Below, piece after piece: positions 30,456 to 40,203 of a stretch of DNA of 54,792 nucleotides. The DNA comes from Bacteroidia bacterium (GTDB lineage: Bacteria; Bacteroidota; Bacteroidia; AKYH767-A; OLB10): contig JAXLTL010000015.1 in the NCBI GenBank assembly GCA_046330075.1, forward strand, positions 1 through 54,792, read 5' to 3'. Below the pieces are notes generated by a model. The model was not told the origin of the DNA. It saw only the letters and a list, made by a program, of their open reading frames with translations, and searched no databases. Made by a program: the position numbers and the translations under genes. Position 1 is the stretch's first letter; every line of letters begins with the position of its first letter.

Positions 30456-32363
30456 TTACTTATTGCCTTGCTCTTTTTTCTTATCCGGATCCATCATCTC
30501 CATCAGCTTCAAGCCCAGCAGACCATCCATCGCAGAACCGTTTCCGCCGGCACCCTGACCGATCAAAACATCCGGAATGAGTTTAATATTTCCTTTTGCC
30601 AGTTCTTCTGTGATTTTATAACGCGTGAAATTATCTCCTCCCAGTGCCTTCACTGCGAGTTCATACGCCTCTGCAGTAGATTTACCAATGGCCAGAATCT
30701 TTCCGGCTTCTGCCGTTCCGGTAAGTGATATTTGTTCAGCCTGCGCACCAGCTTTCATTTTAATGGCTTCCGCATCTGCCTGCGCGCGTGCTTTCGTTGA
30801 TTCTGCTTCTGCATGAGCTCTCATCTTCGTTGCTTCTGCTTCGGCGCTTACAGCAAGTTTAACACTGGCTGCGTCACCTTCCGATTTTTTCACCGTAGCG
30901 CTGGCGGTACGTTCTGCGATCTCCACACTCTGTTGCGCCTTCACAATTTCTTTCTGCATATCGGCGATGGCCGTTTCTTTCTCCATGCCCTGACGTGTTT
31001 CCTGCGCTTTCTTCTGCGTATCATACGTCACCTTCTGTTCTTCTGCAATCTTACGATCCGTGAGTGTTTTCATCAGTGATTCCGGCGGAACAATATCTCC
31101 GATCAGTGTATCCACTGCGTTAACATTGTACTCATCGAGCACCTTCTTGATATGCCCCTTTGCTGATTCCTGACGTTCTTTCCGTGTGCTGAGGAAGGCA
31201 ATCACATCGCTGTCCTGTGCGGAGTTGCGGAAGTAGTTTCCGATGGTCGGTTCGAGTACCTGCGAAACGAGGTTCACCATATTACCAAAACGTGCAATTA
31301 CCTTTGGCGCTTCTGTAGTGGGTACGTGAATGATCTGCGCTACATCGAGGTTAAAGGGGAAACCATCTTTTGAACGTACGGTGATCGTCGACAAATTTTT
31401 ATCGAGGTTATGCGCTTCGCTGCGTGCACTGGCCCAGTTGAGCACGAGGTTGGTGGTAGGAACCGACTCCACCTTCATGGTATATTTGTTAATCGGATAT
31501 TTTCCCGGGCCCAATGGTTCGAGCCATACACCTTTATAACCTTTTGCAACGATGTTGCCATGTTTAAACTCTTCTCCGGTGAGATCATTGCCGTCTTGTC
31601 CGATATAGGAAATTACGACGCCAACATAACCGATGGGAATTTCCATCATCGGTGTTTCTTCAATCTGCACTGCCCAGGGATTAAGATTGTAAGAACCGGC
31701 AAGAATCACCTGCGGCTGGAGTCCACGGTTACCTCCGTTCTTGAGGAAGAGATCGAAATCCTGGAAGTTGTTGTGTCCTTCTACAAATTCACCGGCAATC
31801 TGTCCTCCCTTAATTGGCAAACCATCCAGCGTTGTAACAATTCCCACCATACTCTCCTGTATGCGGATCATATCGGTAATTGAAACCTGAAAGAGCAGGG
31901 TATTGATCCTGTACGTACCGGCAGTGATATATTGTGTTTGCCGTCCGCGCTGACCACCATTTACGAGAAACTTTTCTGCATCCTGAAAATTATCGCACTC
32001 CACCATGCGTGCCAGGATATTTCCTGTGGGAATTTCCACACCATCATTGGCGAGTACGAGTCCGATTTTACCTTCCGGTATGATGGTGAAGTTTTCCATA
32101 TTGATTTCGTACTGCCAAACCCACATACCGAAATATAATCCGGGCGCGAGTGTCTTCGCCTGAAAGCCTGCTTCCCCTTTTGTCGCGATGATTCGTCCGC
32201 CGGGCAATTCTTTAAACTCACCGAAGAGCACAAACTTTTTGGTGACGAGTCCGATTTTATTTTCCGGTACAATCACCATTCCGCACAGCACTCGAAGTAT
32301 CCACTTATAAAGTACAAGACATACAACGATGACCAATACCCACCAATATGCAAGAAGCCACAT
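30456..32363 (-). CDS. SPFH/band-7 flotillin-like protein (YqiK/FloT-like)
   Basis: N-terminal TM helix, SPFH domain, internally duplicated FQDxxxFLxNGGxRGxQ motif, and Ala/Glu/Lys-rich coiled region AEAEATKMRAHAEAESTKARAQADAEAIKMKAGAQAE typical of flotillins. Confidence 0.85.
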   Translation of the reverse strand: MWLLAYWWVLVIVVCLVLYKWILRVLCGMVIVPENKIGLVTKKFVLFGEFKELPGGRIIATKGEAGFQAKTLAPGLYFGMWVWQYEINMENFTIIPEGKIGLVLANDGVEIPTGNILARMVECDNFQDAEKFLVNGGQRGRQTQYITAGTYRINTLLFQVSITDMIRIQESMVGIVTTLDGLPIKGGQIAGEFVEGHNNFQDFDLFLKNGGNRGLQPQVILAGSYNLNPWAVQIEETPMMEIPIGYVGVVISYIGQDGNDLTGEEFKHGNIVAKGYKGVWLEPLGPGKYPINKYTMKVESVPTTNLVLNWASARSEAHNLDKNLSTITVRSKDGFPFNLDVAQIIHVPTTEAPKVIARFGNMVNLVSQVLEPTIGNYFRNSAQDSDVIAFLSTRKERQESAKGHIKKVLDEYNVNAVDTLIGDIVPPESLMKTLTDRKIAEEQKVTYDTQKKAQETRQGMEKETAIADMQKEIVKAQQSVEIAERTASATVKKSEGDAASVKLAVSAEAEATKMRAHAEAESTKARAQADAEAIKMKAGAQAEQISLTGTAEAGKILAIGKSTAEAYELAVKALGGDNFTRYKITEELAKGNIKLIPDVLIGQGAGGNGSAMDGLLGLKLMEMMDPDKKKEQGNK

Positions 32364-32567
32364 AACTTAATCAGATTTTAAAATTCCTTTACGAATGTAG
32401 GGAATTGTGGCTAACCGTAAAATGCGGCCGGAAAAGTATCATTCCGAAAAAGCATAAGTCGTTATAGAGACCAATACAGCTTGCTCATACGGATGCCGGA
32501 TTTCAGAAAATCCCGATAATGGCACAGGAAAGGCAACCTTGCGATCAGAGGGGGAGCAGTTGTGGCA

Positions 32568-33533
32568 TCAATGCCCGCTTTTTTCGAACCAGTTTTTAAA
32601 CCGGATCAGTCCCTCACTGATTTTTGTCCGGGGATCATATCCCAGCAGCTGACCGGCTTTGGAGATATCGGCATAGGTAAGATTCACGTCGCCGTCCTGC
32701 ATCTCACGGTACTGACGGATAAACTTTTTCCCGGTAGTTTCCTCAATCAGGTCGATGAGGTCGGAAAGGCGAACCGGACTGCTATTTCCCAGATTCATGA
32801 TCTCGTACACATGGTCATGCTCATCGAGGAAAACGATACCACGGCTGATAGCCTCCACGATATCATCGATACAGGTATAATCCCTGCTGGTACTTCCGTC
32901 ACCGTAAATTTCTATCGGCTGATTTGCGTACAGTTTCTGATAGAATTTATGGATGGCCAGATCCGGACGCTGCCGGGGGCCATACACTGTAAAAAACCGG
33001 AAATTCAGGATATCGATATCATAGAGATGGTGGAACACATGTGTCACCAGTTCTGACGCTTTTTTCGACGCAGCATACGGTGAAATCGGAAAATCGACAT
33101 TATCCGTTTCTGAATAAGGAATCTTCTCGTTATTGCCATAGATCGAAGATGAAGAAGCGAAGATCATTTTCCGCACCTTGAATTCCTTCATCACATCCAA
33201 TAAGGTCTGTGTACCTTTTACATTCACATCGTAATACTCTTCCGGATTCAGAATAGAAGGACGCACACCGGCCTTGGCGGCGAGGTGAATGACCAGGTCA
33301 ATTTTATGCGTTTTGAAAACATGGAGTAACATCGCTGCATCACGCAGATCGCCTTCAATGGCTGTATAATTGGGATGTGATTTTGCCTGACGAATATTCT
33401 CCTCCTTGATCTCCCGTGCATAAAACGCATCGAAATTATCGATCGAAATGATGGTATGACCTGCTTGCAGCAAGGCATCATTCAGGTTCGATCCGATAAA
33501 TCCGGCGCCGCCGGTAACAAGAATATTTTTCAT
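32568..33533 (-). CDS. NAD-dependent sugar-nucleotide epimerase/dehydratase (extended SDR, GalE/UDP-glucuronate 4-epimerase-like)
   Basis: MKNILVTGGAGFIGSNL Rossmann motif, YAASKKASE (YxxxK catalytic), 321 aa. Confidence 0.85.
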   Translation of the reverse strand: MKNILVTGGAGFIGSNLNDALLQAGHTIISIDNFDAFYAREIKEENIRQAKSHPNYTAIEGDLRDAAMLLHVFKTHKIDLVIHLAAKAGVRPSILNPEEYYDVNVKGTQTLLDVMKEFKVRKMIFASSSSIYGNNEKIPYSETDNVDFPISPYAASKKASELVTHVFHHLYDIDILNFRFFTVYGPRQRPDLAIHKFYQKLYANQPIEIYGDGSTSRDYTCIDDIVEAISRGIVFLDEHDHVYEIMNLGNSSPVRLSDLIDLIEETTGKKFIRQYREMQDGDVNLTYADISKAGQLLGYDPRTKISEGLIRFKNWFEKSGH

Positions 33534-33894
33534 CGTTAGCTTCTGATTCTGGTGTGAAGGACATCATCCTTCTGCGTAGAGGACTCAACCGACAGATACG
33601 AAATCGGGCTCTGATTGTTGCAGGTTCCTGCACCACATCTTACCCAAACCCACAACCTCCGGCTATCGGATCCGGATGTATCATTCCTCAAACACTTTTT
33701 ATTTTCCCACCTGACTTCCGGAACCTGAACTCCGCTACAGGCGCGTGTTTTGAACTGATAATCAGCAATTCAAACCTTTCATTGATGCTAACAAACTTAA
33801 TCACGCATCTCCATAAAACCAAAATTTACCGGGAAAATGCGATTGTATCGGCTATCATTAAAAACGAAACAGGCTGCGCCAGGAAGAAAAAGGA

Positions 33895-34617
33895 TCAGAT
33901 CAGGCCCAGTTCCTTACAGACCTTCTCGGCGGCAATTTGCTCAGCCTTCTTCTTAACATAATCGGTAGTTACCGCCCGTTCCTGTCCATCAATGACCAGA
34001 CGTATGGTAATCAAACGGGTTTTGGCATCTTCCGAAACGGTATCGAACACCACGGAATGTTTTTCCTTCTGTCCCCAGTTCAATATAACACTCTTAAAAT
34101 TCTTTTCGGTCGATTCAATCTCCGTCAGATCCACATGCGGACGCACGATACGGTTCAGAATGTAACGTTGAGTAATTTTATAACCTTTATCGAGGTAGAT
34201 GGCACCGAGAAAAGCTTCGAAGGCATCGCCGTACATACTGCGGTACGAGCCCGGACCGGTATCTTTCTGCAACATCTCATCGATACCGATTTTCATCGCC
34301 AGCTGTTTCAGGTTTTCGCGGCTTACAATTCGGCTACGCATCTCCGTTAGGAATCCTTCATCCTTAAGCGGATAACGCTTAAAGAGCAAATCAGCGATGA
34401 CTGCGCCCAACACTGCATCGCCCAGGTATTCGAGCCGCTCATTGCTGAGTCGCGCTCCGCCGGCGGTTTCGAGTGCGAGACTACGATGGCTGAAGGCCAG
34501 TTTATACAATGAAAGATTGCCGGGATAAAACCCCGTAAGGCTATGCAGGGAACGAATAAATTTTTTCTCCTGCACATCCGCCTTAAAAAACAGCCGGATC
34601 AGGGTGCGAAGTGCCAA
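33895..34617 (-). CDS. rnc: Ribonuclease III
   Basis: RNase III signature ERLEYLGDAVLG, catalytic E/D residues, C-terminal dsRBD; 240 aa. Lies 3 bp downstream of fabF. Confidence 0.9.
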   Translation of the reverse strand: MALRTLIRLFFKADVQEKKFIRSLHSLTGFYPGNLSLYKLAFSHRSLALETAGGARLSNERLEYLGDAVLGAVIADLLFKRYPLKDEGFLTEMRSRIVSRENLKQLAMKIGIDEMLQKDTGPGSYRSMYGDAFEAFLGAIYLDKGYKITQRYILNRIVRPHVDLTEIESTEKNFKSVILNWGQKEKHSVVFDTVSEDAKTRLITIRLVIDGQERAVTTDYVKKKAEQIAAEKVCKELGLI

Positions 34618-34620
34618 GAC

Positions 34621-35874
34621 TCAGGCTTTATACTTTTTAACGATGATAGAGGCATTGTGTCCGCCAAAACCAAAAGTATTACTCAGGGCGGCATTCACCA
34701 CACGTTTCTGAGGTTTATTAAACGTAAAATTCAGTTTCGGATCAAAAGCCGGATCGTCGGTAAAATGGTTGATGGTTGGCGGCACCTCGTCGTTCACTAC
34801 CGACAGGATGGTAGCAATCGCTTCGATAGCGCCGGCGGCACCCAACAGGTGACCGGTCATCGATTTAGTAGAGCTGATATTCAACCGGTAAGCATCTTCA
34901 CCAAAGAGTTTACCAATGGCCTTCGCCTCACTCGGATCGCCTACAGGAGTAGAAGTACCGTGCACATTGATATAATCGATGTCGCTGGTTTTCATTCCTG
35001 CATCCTGCAATGCATTCCGCATTACATTAAAGGCGCCGAGGCCTTCGGGATGAGTGGCTGTGAGGTGATAAGCATCCGCGCTCATTCCTCCGCCGGCAAC
35101 TTCGGCATAAATTCTAGCACCGCGTTTAAGGGCGTGTTCCAGTTCTTCGAGGACAATGCAGCCTGAGCCTTCACCCAATACAAACCCATCACGGTCGAGG
35201 TCGAATGGACGGGAAGCGGTAGCAGGATCATCATTACGCTCAGAAAGGGCATGCATGGCGCCAAACCCACCGATTCCGGCTTCATTCACTGCGGCTTCAG
35301 AGCCACCGGCAAGAATCACATCAGCCATACCCAAACGGATATAGTTAAAGGCATCAATTACGGCGTTCGTTGAAGAGGCACAGGCGGAAACCGTACAGAA
35401 GTTCGGACCGCGATACCCGTAACGCATAGAAATATGACCTGCTGCGATATCAGCGATCATTTTCGGAATAAAGAAGGGATTGAAGCGGGGAGTACCATCA
35501 CCTTTGGCAAAGCCGATGACTTCGTCGAGGAAGGTACGCAATCCACCGATACCGGAACCCCAGATCACGCCTGTGCGGTCGGGATCCGGTTTATTGGTAA
35601 GAAGCCCGGCATCGTTCACTGCTTCCTCACAGGCTGCAACAGCCAATTGGGAGAAGCGATCGAGCTTCCGGGCTTCTTTACGATCCAGGTAGATCCCCGG
35701 ATCAAAGTTTTTCACTTCGCAGGCGAAACGCGTCTTGAACTTCGAAGCATCGAACAGGGTAATGGAATCTGCTCCGCTCTTACCGGCCAGAAGTCCTGCC
35801 CAGTAATCAGCTACATTGTTTCCAAGCGGGGTTTGGGCCCCTAAACCGGTGATAACTACGCGTTTAAGCTGCAT
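34621..35874 (-). CDS. fabF: 3-oxoacyl-[acyl-carrier-protein] synthase II
   Basis: KAS-II family: active-site Cys in CTVSACASS, His-His (HGTSTPVGD...GHLLGAAG), C-terminal FGFGGHNASIIVKK; 417 aa. Confidence 0.93.
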   Translation of the reverse strand: MQLKRVVITGLGAQTPLGNNVADYWAGLLAGKSGADSITLFDASKFKTRFACEVKNFDPGIYLDRKEARKLDRFSQLAVAACEEAVNDAGLLTNKPDPDRTGVIWGSGIGGLRTFLDEVIGFAKGDGTPRFNPFFIPKMIADIAAGHISMRYGYRGPNFCTVSACASSTNAVIDAFNYIRLGMADVILAGGSEAAVNEAGIGGFGAMHALSERNDDPATASRPFDLDRDGFVLGEGSGCIVLEELEHALKRGARIYAEVAGGGMSADAYHLTATHPEGLGAFNVMRNALQDAGMKTSDIDYINVHGTSTPVGDPSEAKAIGKLFGEDAYRLNISSTKSMTGHLLGAAGAIEAIATILSVVNDEVPPTINHFTDDPAFDPKLNFTFNKPQKRVVNAALSNTFGFGGHNASIIVKKYKA

Positions 35875-35900
35875 GCGCGCCTGCTAAAGTAAAAATCAGA

Positions 35901-36137
35901 TTATTTAACGTTCGCTGAAATGTAATCAACAGCCTGACCTACAGTAGAGATCTTTTCGGCCTGATCGTCAGGAATCGCAATGTTGAATTCTTTTTCAAAT
36001 TCCATAATGAGCTCCACAGTATCGAGGGAGTCAGCGCCAAGGTCGTTGGTGAAGCTTGATTCGTTGGTGATTTCGCTTTCGTCAACACCTAATTTGTCAA
36101 CGATAATGGCTTTTACACGTGATGCAATGTCAGACAT
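35901..36137 (-). CDS. acpP: Acyl carrier protein
   Basis: 78 aa with phosphopantetheine attachment motif [16 protein letters not shown]; immediately upstream of fabF. Confidence 0.93.
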   Translation of the reverse strand: MSDIASRVKAIIVDKLGVDESEITNESSFTNDLGADSLDTVELIMEFEKEFNIAIPDDQAEKISTVGQAVDYISANVK

Positions 36138-36337
36138 TGTTTCTTAGAATTGGTTAAGACAGGGGGCAAAAGTAATAAATATTGGAATTGAACCAAGGTA
36201 AATTATATAATACTGATTTACAAGAGTATTTAATCAAAAACGGCCTGAAAAACGGTCAAAACGGCTGCCTGAAGGAAACACAAAAGGCGGACGAATAGGT
36301 TTCGGCCGCCTTTGAGGAAGATTGATTGGTTATAGGT

Positions 36338-36892
36338 TTAAGCTTTTACATGGCCCCAGTTTTCACCGCTCTTAATACGGTATAGCTGCATTTCAGAGAT
36401 TCCGAAATGATCAGCGATCTGTTTCATGGTACGTACCCGTTTTTTATCGTTGATCATCTGTTTGATCTTCTTCACGGTAGTATCGGTGAGTTTATGACCT
36501 TTCTTCCGGTTGATAGAACGGTAGGCAAGAACGGCAGGGCTCTTTTGCTGATGCTGTTCCATTTCGTCCTTGGATGCCCAGCGAAGGTTTTTTATAGCGT
36601 TATCTTCCTTATTATAATTCAAATGAATAACATATTCACTCTTCGCACTGCGCTTCGGAATAAAAGCTTCCGCTACCAGGCGATGAATAAAGAGCGTCAT
36701 ATTTCTCCCTTCCGGCTTCAGCTTAAGCGTGGGATAGCCTCCCATTAAAGTACCTTTCAGGAGATTGCCGTCCTGAATACTGGTAGTGAAACTAACGAGA
36801 CGGCCATGATCAGACACAGCATACTGGCAGCGGAAAACGCCTTTATTGAAGCTGATCACTTTCCATTTTTCATTCTTAATAGGCTTTACCAT
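36338..36892 (-). CDS. Free-standing HNH homing-endonuclease-like protein (NUMOD4-like N-terminus, HNH_3-like core, C-terminal HTH)
   Basis: N-terminal WKVI...YAVSDHGRLVS (NUMOD4-like). GYPTLKLK...LFIHRLVAEAFIPKRS (HNH_3-like). C-terminal IADHFGISEMQLYRIKSGENWGHV (sigma-70 region-4-like HTH). Confidence 0.65.
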   Translation of the reverse strand: MVKPIKNEKWKVISFNKGVFRCQYAVSDHGRLVSFTTSIQDGNLLKGTLMGGYPTLKLKPEGRNMTLFIHRLVAEAFIPKRSAKSEYVIHLNYNKEDNAIKNLRWASKDEMEQHQQKSPAVLAYRSINRKKGHKLTDTTVKKIKQMINDKKRVRTMKQIADHFGISEMQLYRIKSGENWGHVKA

Positions 36893-37205
36893 GGGGCTTG
36901 GTTTTGATTAGGACTAAAATATAAAAATTTAGTATAGATACATCGTTAGTGATTATTTTTTAATGGGTTAGAAGGACCTGTCAAGACAGGGGCCTTATAA
37001 AACAAACATACACTACTGATTATCTGACAATTAAGTGATTCGTCCGACAAATACCTGACTAACCGCATGTTGCAACACACAACCCTACATATTCTGTTTC
37101 ACGTCAGATTCGGTGCATGCTTTACCCTAACAGGACCTGTTTTCGCCAGCTGAAAACACACCGTGACAGGGTTTTCGTAGCTGCGGGCCGTTAACCGGAC
37201 GTAAC

Positions 37206-37424
37206 TTGTATTCAACAACAGAGAAAATGGATAAGCACAAAAAGAAAAACCACGGACAAAATCCCACTCGTCTGGCCATCGCATTACTCATTCTGGTAGC
37301 TGTGATCTTTATGCTCATTGGACCCAGGGCAAAAGCTGAATCACCAGAATTAGCGACAGCGGGCTACCTTATTCAACACAATATTCCGGTCATTACGCTG
37401 TTGAAATCGATGATTGGGTACTGA
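37206..37424 (+). CDS. Small hypothetical membrane protein (possible start MDKHKKKNHG)
   Basis: Basic N-terminus followed by TM helix LAIALLILVAVIFMLIGP. No homology recognised. Confidence 0.3.
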   Translation: MYSTTEKMDKHKKKNHGQNPTRLAIALLILVAVIFMLIGPRAKAESPELATAGYLIQHNIPVITLLKSMIGY

Positions 37425-37687
37425 TACCGTTTACAGTTATCAGTTATCGGTTGGCGATCCCTGACTGCCCCGATCCCAGCATCGGGGAACGAAGGGCAGT
37501 TGGCAGTTAAGAGTTGACTGTTCCGGATAGAGTGTTGACCGTTTCTTCAGATTGGAGGAACAGGATGCCGACCAAATAATACAGATTACCACTACCTCAA
37601 TAATAAAAACAAACCAACACAGATAGAATTACCATAAGATTATGAAAAAACTCACCAAACGTATTTTGGAATTCTCCGCATCCTTCC

Positions 37688-38269
37688 TTGCTTTGCACCA
37701 TGGAGCAGATAGCCATTCTCGCATCGGGAACCGGAAGCAACGCGGATCGTCTTTGCAGTCATTTCAAACATCACCCATCCGCTCGCATACGCCTCATAGC
37801 ATGCGACCGCGAAACGGCTGGGGTTTACGGCATAGCCCGGGCGCACAACATCCCGGCAATTCACCTCAGTAAGGAGCTTCGTACACATCCTGACCGTTTT
37901 CTCGAATTATTACGGGAGGAAGGGGTTACATTTATCGTGCTGGCCGGCTACCTGCGGCTGATTCCTAAGACTATCGTTGACGCCTATCCGAAAAGGATCA
38001 TCAACCTGCATCCTGCCTTGCTCCCGAAATACGGCGGCAAAGGTATGCATGGTATGCATGTTCACGAAGCAGTTGCGGCTGCAGGCGAAAAGGAAACCGG
38101 CATTACTATTCACTATGTAAATGAGCATTACGACGAAGGCGATATCATCGCCCAGTTCGCTGCTCCATTAGCTCCCGGAGCCACCGCTAAGGACATTGCA
38201 CACGTCATTGCCGGCCTGGAAGCAACGCATTTTCCGGCCGTGGTGGAAGAGGTGGTATCGAAAGCGTAA
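37688..38269 (+). CDS. purN: Phosphoribosylglycinamide formyltransferase (GAR transformylase); probable start MEQIAILASG at 37700
   Basis: AILASGTGSN, IINLHPALLPKYGG, ITIHYVNEHYDEGDIIAQ (formyltransferase SLLP/HxxxxxxD motifs). Confidence 0.9.
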   Translation: MLCTMEQIAILASGTGSNADRLCSHFKHHPSARIRLIACDRETAGVYGIARAHNIPAIHLSKELRTHPDRFLELLREEGVTFIVLAGYLRLIPKTIVDAYPKRIINLHPALLPKYGGKGMHGMHVHEAVAAAGEKETGITIHYVNEHYDEGDIIAQFAAPLAPGATAKDIAHVIAGLEATHFPAVVEEVVSKA

Positions 38270-38414
38270 AGAAGGGGGAACGCGAATGACGCCGATTGGG
38301 CAGATGGTCGCGGATCAGGCCGCTGATTGATTATGAATATTATGATTGGTTATGATTTTGTTTATCATAAAAAATCATAACCATCAGTGAAATCAGTGGC
38401 TGAAGATGGAAAGC
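38241..38414. repeat. Copy 1 of a 174/175-bp direct repeat: last 8 purN codons, stop, and downstream region with a hairpin terminator
   Basis: ~97% identical to 41183..41357. Contains hairpin TATGATTTT-gtttatcataa-AAAATCATA and the motif AAATCAGTGGCTGA. Confidence 0.9.
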
Positions 38415-38481
38415 AGATCACTAAAGGTCGCGACGAATTTAATATTAGGACAGGTCGCACAATGTCTAACCTGAAATTTAT

Positions 38482-40203
38482 CTATTCCTTTACGATCTTG
38501 TTCAACCATCTGGTACCGTTTCCCTGTAACACTTCTACAAAGTAAACGCCCGATGACCAGGCACTGCAATCTACAGTAAATTGATCAGCAGCATTTGGAA
38601 TTTCCTGCAGCAACACTCTGCCATCCGGTTGCATGACATTAAACTTTGTGGCATTCTCTACCTGCATTGTTATTGTACCTCTAGTTGGATTTGGAAACAC
38701 GAACGGTGCTGTGATAAGAGTGGGGGATTCCTCAAGTCCTGTGAGAAGACCTGGCAGGAAACGGACCAGCCAGATATCTCTATTTGCAGGATTCGAAGAT
38801 GATGCAGGAATCGTTTTATCACCAGAAACTCCGGAAGAACTTCCCATTTTAACAAGAATTGATCCATCGGGCCATTCAAAAATATTTTCATCTTTATTTG
38901 CAATTCCAGATAAAATCAAATCATCAACACCTGAACCTCCAAGTGTTTTCTGATATATTATGTCGAGATTTGAATCCAGAAACAAGTACCACATATCCTG
39001 ATTACCTCTGGACGTCTCAGTTTTATCACCTGAAATTCCATCCGCTGTTCGTATAGATACCATGATTTGACCATTTTTCAACACAGAACAAAGACCAATA
39101 GCATCAAATCCTGCTGTGCCATAACATCGGTCATTTATCAATTGTGCTGCAGTATCTAGTTCGTATATAAAAATATCCTGATCTCCTCTTGGTGTACCTT
39201 GTAGACCACTTCCATAATAGGCACTGGTTTGCCCTGCAATAAGTAGATTGCCATTGGGGAGAAATTTAACACTGGCAATCCCAAATTCATCAAAAAGAGT
39301 TAGTATTCTCTTATCCCATATCAGATTCAATTGCTCATCCATTTTCATTACCCAAACATCATTCCCGTTACCGGATTGAGTAACGTTCATCACATTAGGC
39401 TGGGTTGTATTTACCAAACCCACCAAATAAACATAATGATGAATGCTATCGTACATTAATATACCTTGCAAGTCATCAACGACAGGACCAATATACTTTT
39501 CATTTATCTTTTGTAAAGAATAGTTAAATGTGCTTAGATTCAGGAAATTTGACCCTGAAGGACAAGAAACACAGTTCGGAGGAACATTCCATAAATCACC
39601 ATTCGGATTTTGAGTAACGTTAAAATATAGACTTAAAATGAAACAACTATCCATGAAAATGCTTGATTTAACTCCATCATTTCCAAACGAAGTTCCAATG
39701 AAACGTTCTTTTTTTACATTCCCGACTGTATCAGATATCACTGCCCAAATATCTGTATTCCCTCCCTGTGGCGTACTATGAATTTCGCATCCGGTGTCCG
39801 GAGAAAAAGAATCTCCTATAAAAAGCAAAGTGTCTTTAATAAATTTGCCAGTATAAAAATTCTGGACATTCGTCTCTCCTCCTAATCCACCCAACCTGAA
39901 CATACTATTAAAAACCATTGCTGTGTCAAAATCAAGATAGATAAAGTCCGAAGTATTTCCACATGAACTCATATAGTTGATATTCATTGAACCCGGAGTT
40001 CCATTGGAAAAGTACTTCCCAATTAATGCAATCTTGTCACTTTTGGAAAATGACAAATTAAGTACTTGCGAAGAGTTTATGGTATTATCAATCTGCCATT
40101 CACCCAGCTTCTGATAGTATGTTTGGGCAACTGATATATTATCTGAAAATAATACTGTAATAACGATCAGTATATTTCTAACGAACAATGAATTTTTTAA
40201 CAT
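38482..40203 (-). CDS. T9SS-secreted protein of unknown function
   Basis: Signal peptide MLKNSLFVRNILIVITVLFSDNISVAQ. CTD ...FVFPNPTRGTITMQ...GVYFVEVLQGNGTRWLNKIVKE. Confidence 0.8.
   Translation of the reverse strand: MLKNSLFVRNILIVITVLFSDNISVAQTYYQKLGEWQIDNTINSSQVLNLSFSKSDKIALIGKYFSNGTPGSMNINYMSSCGNTSDFIYLDFDTAMVFNSMFRLGGLGGETNVQNFYTGKFIKDTLLFIGDSFSPDTGCEIHSTPQGGNTDIWAVISDTVGNVKKERFIGTSFGNDGVKSSIFMDSCFILSLYFNVTQNPNGDLWNVPPNCVSCPSGSNFLNLSTFNYSLQKINEKYIGPVVDDLQGILMYDSIHHYVYLVGLVNTTQPNVMNVTQSGNGNDVWVMKMDEQLNLIWDKRILTLFDEFGIASVKFLPNGNLLIAGQTSAYYGSGLQGTPRGDQDIFIYELDTAAQLINDRCYGTAGFDAIGLCSVLKNGQIMVSIRTADGISGDKTETSRGNQDMWYLFLDSNLDIIYQKTLGGSGVDDLILSGIANKDENIFEWPDGSILVKMGSSSGVSGDKTIPASSSNPANRDIWLVRFLPGLLTGLEESPTLITAPFVFPNPTRGTITMQVENATKFNVMQPDGRVLLQEIPNAADQFTVDCSAWSSGVYFVEVLQGNGTRWLNKIVKE

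Noticed and set aside
33534-33894. 360-bp non-coding gap between rnc and the epimerase gene considered as an sRNA locus
   Set aside because: No terminator-like hairpin with a U-tract and no recognisable conserved RNA motif (6S, tmRNA, SRP) could be identified by eye; left unannotated.
33554-34350. Plus-strand ORFs 33554..33961 and 33937..34350
   Set aside because: They overlap the well-supported rnc gene on the opposite strand or lie in its flank, and have non-protein-like composition.
37524-37541. TGGCAG-N-TTGA considered as a sigma-54 -24/-12 promoter (rpoN is in the window)
   Set aside because: GG-to-TTG spacing is two nt off the consensus TGGCAC-N5-TTGCA, and the -12 GC is missing.
37430-37690. 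Hairpin-rich leader upstream of purN considered as a ZTP (pfl) riboswitch
   Set aside because: The conserved pfl elements (GGGUCGUGAC...GGCG and CCGCCUGGGC pseudoknot) are not matched; only generic GC hairpins (CCCCGATcccagcATCGGGG) are present.
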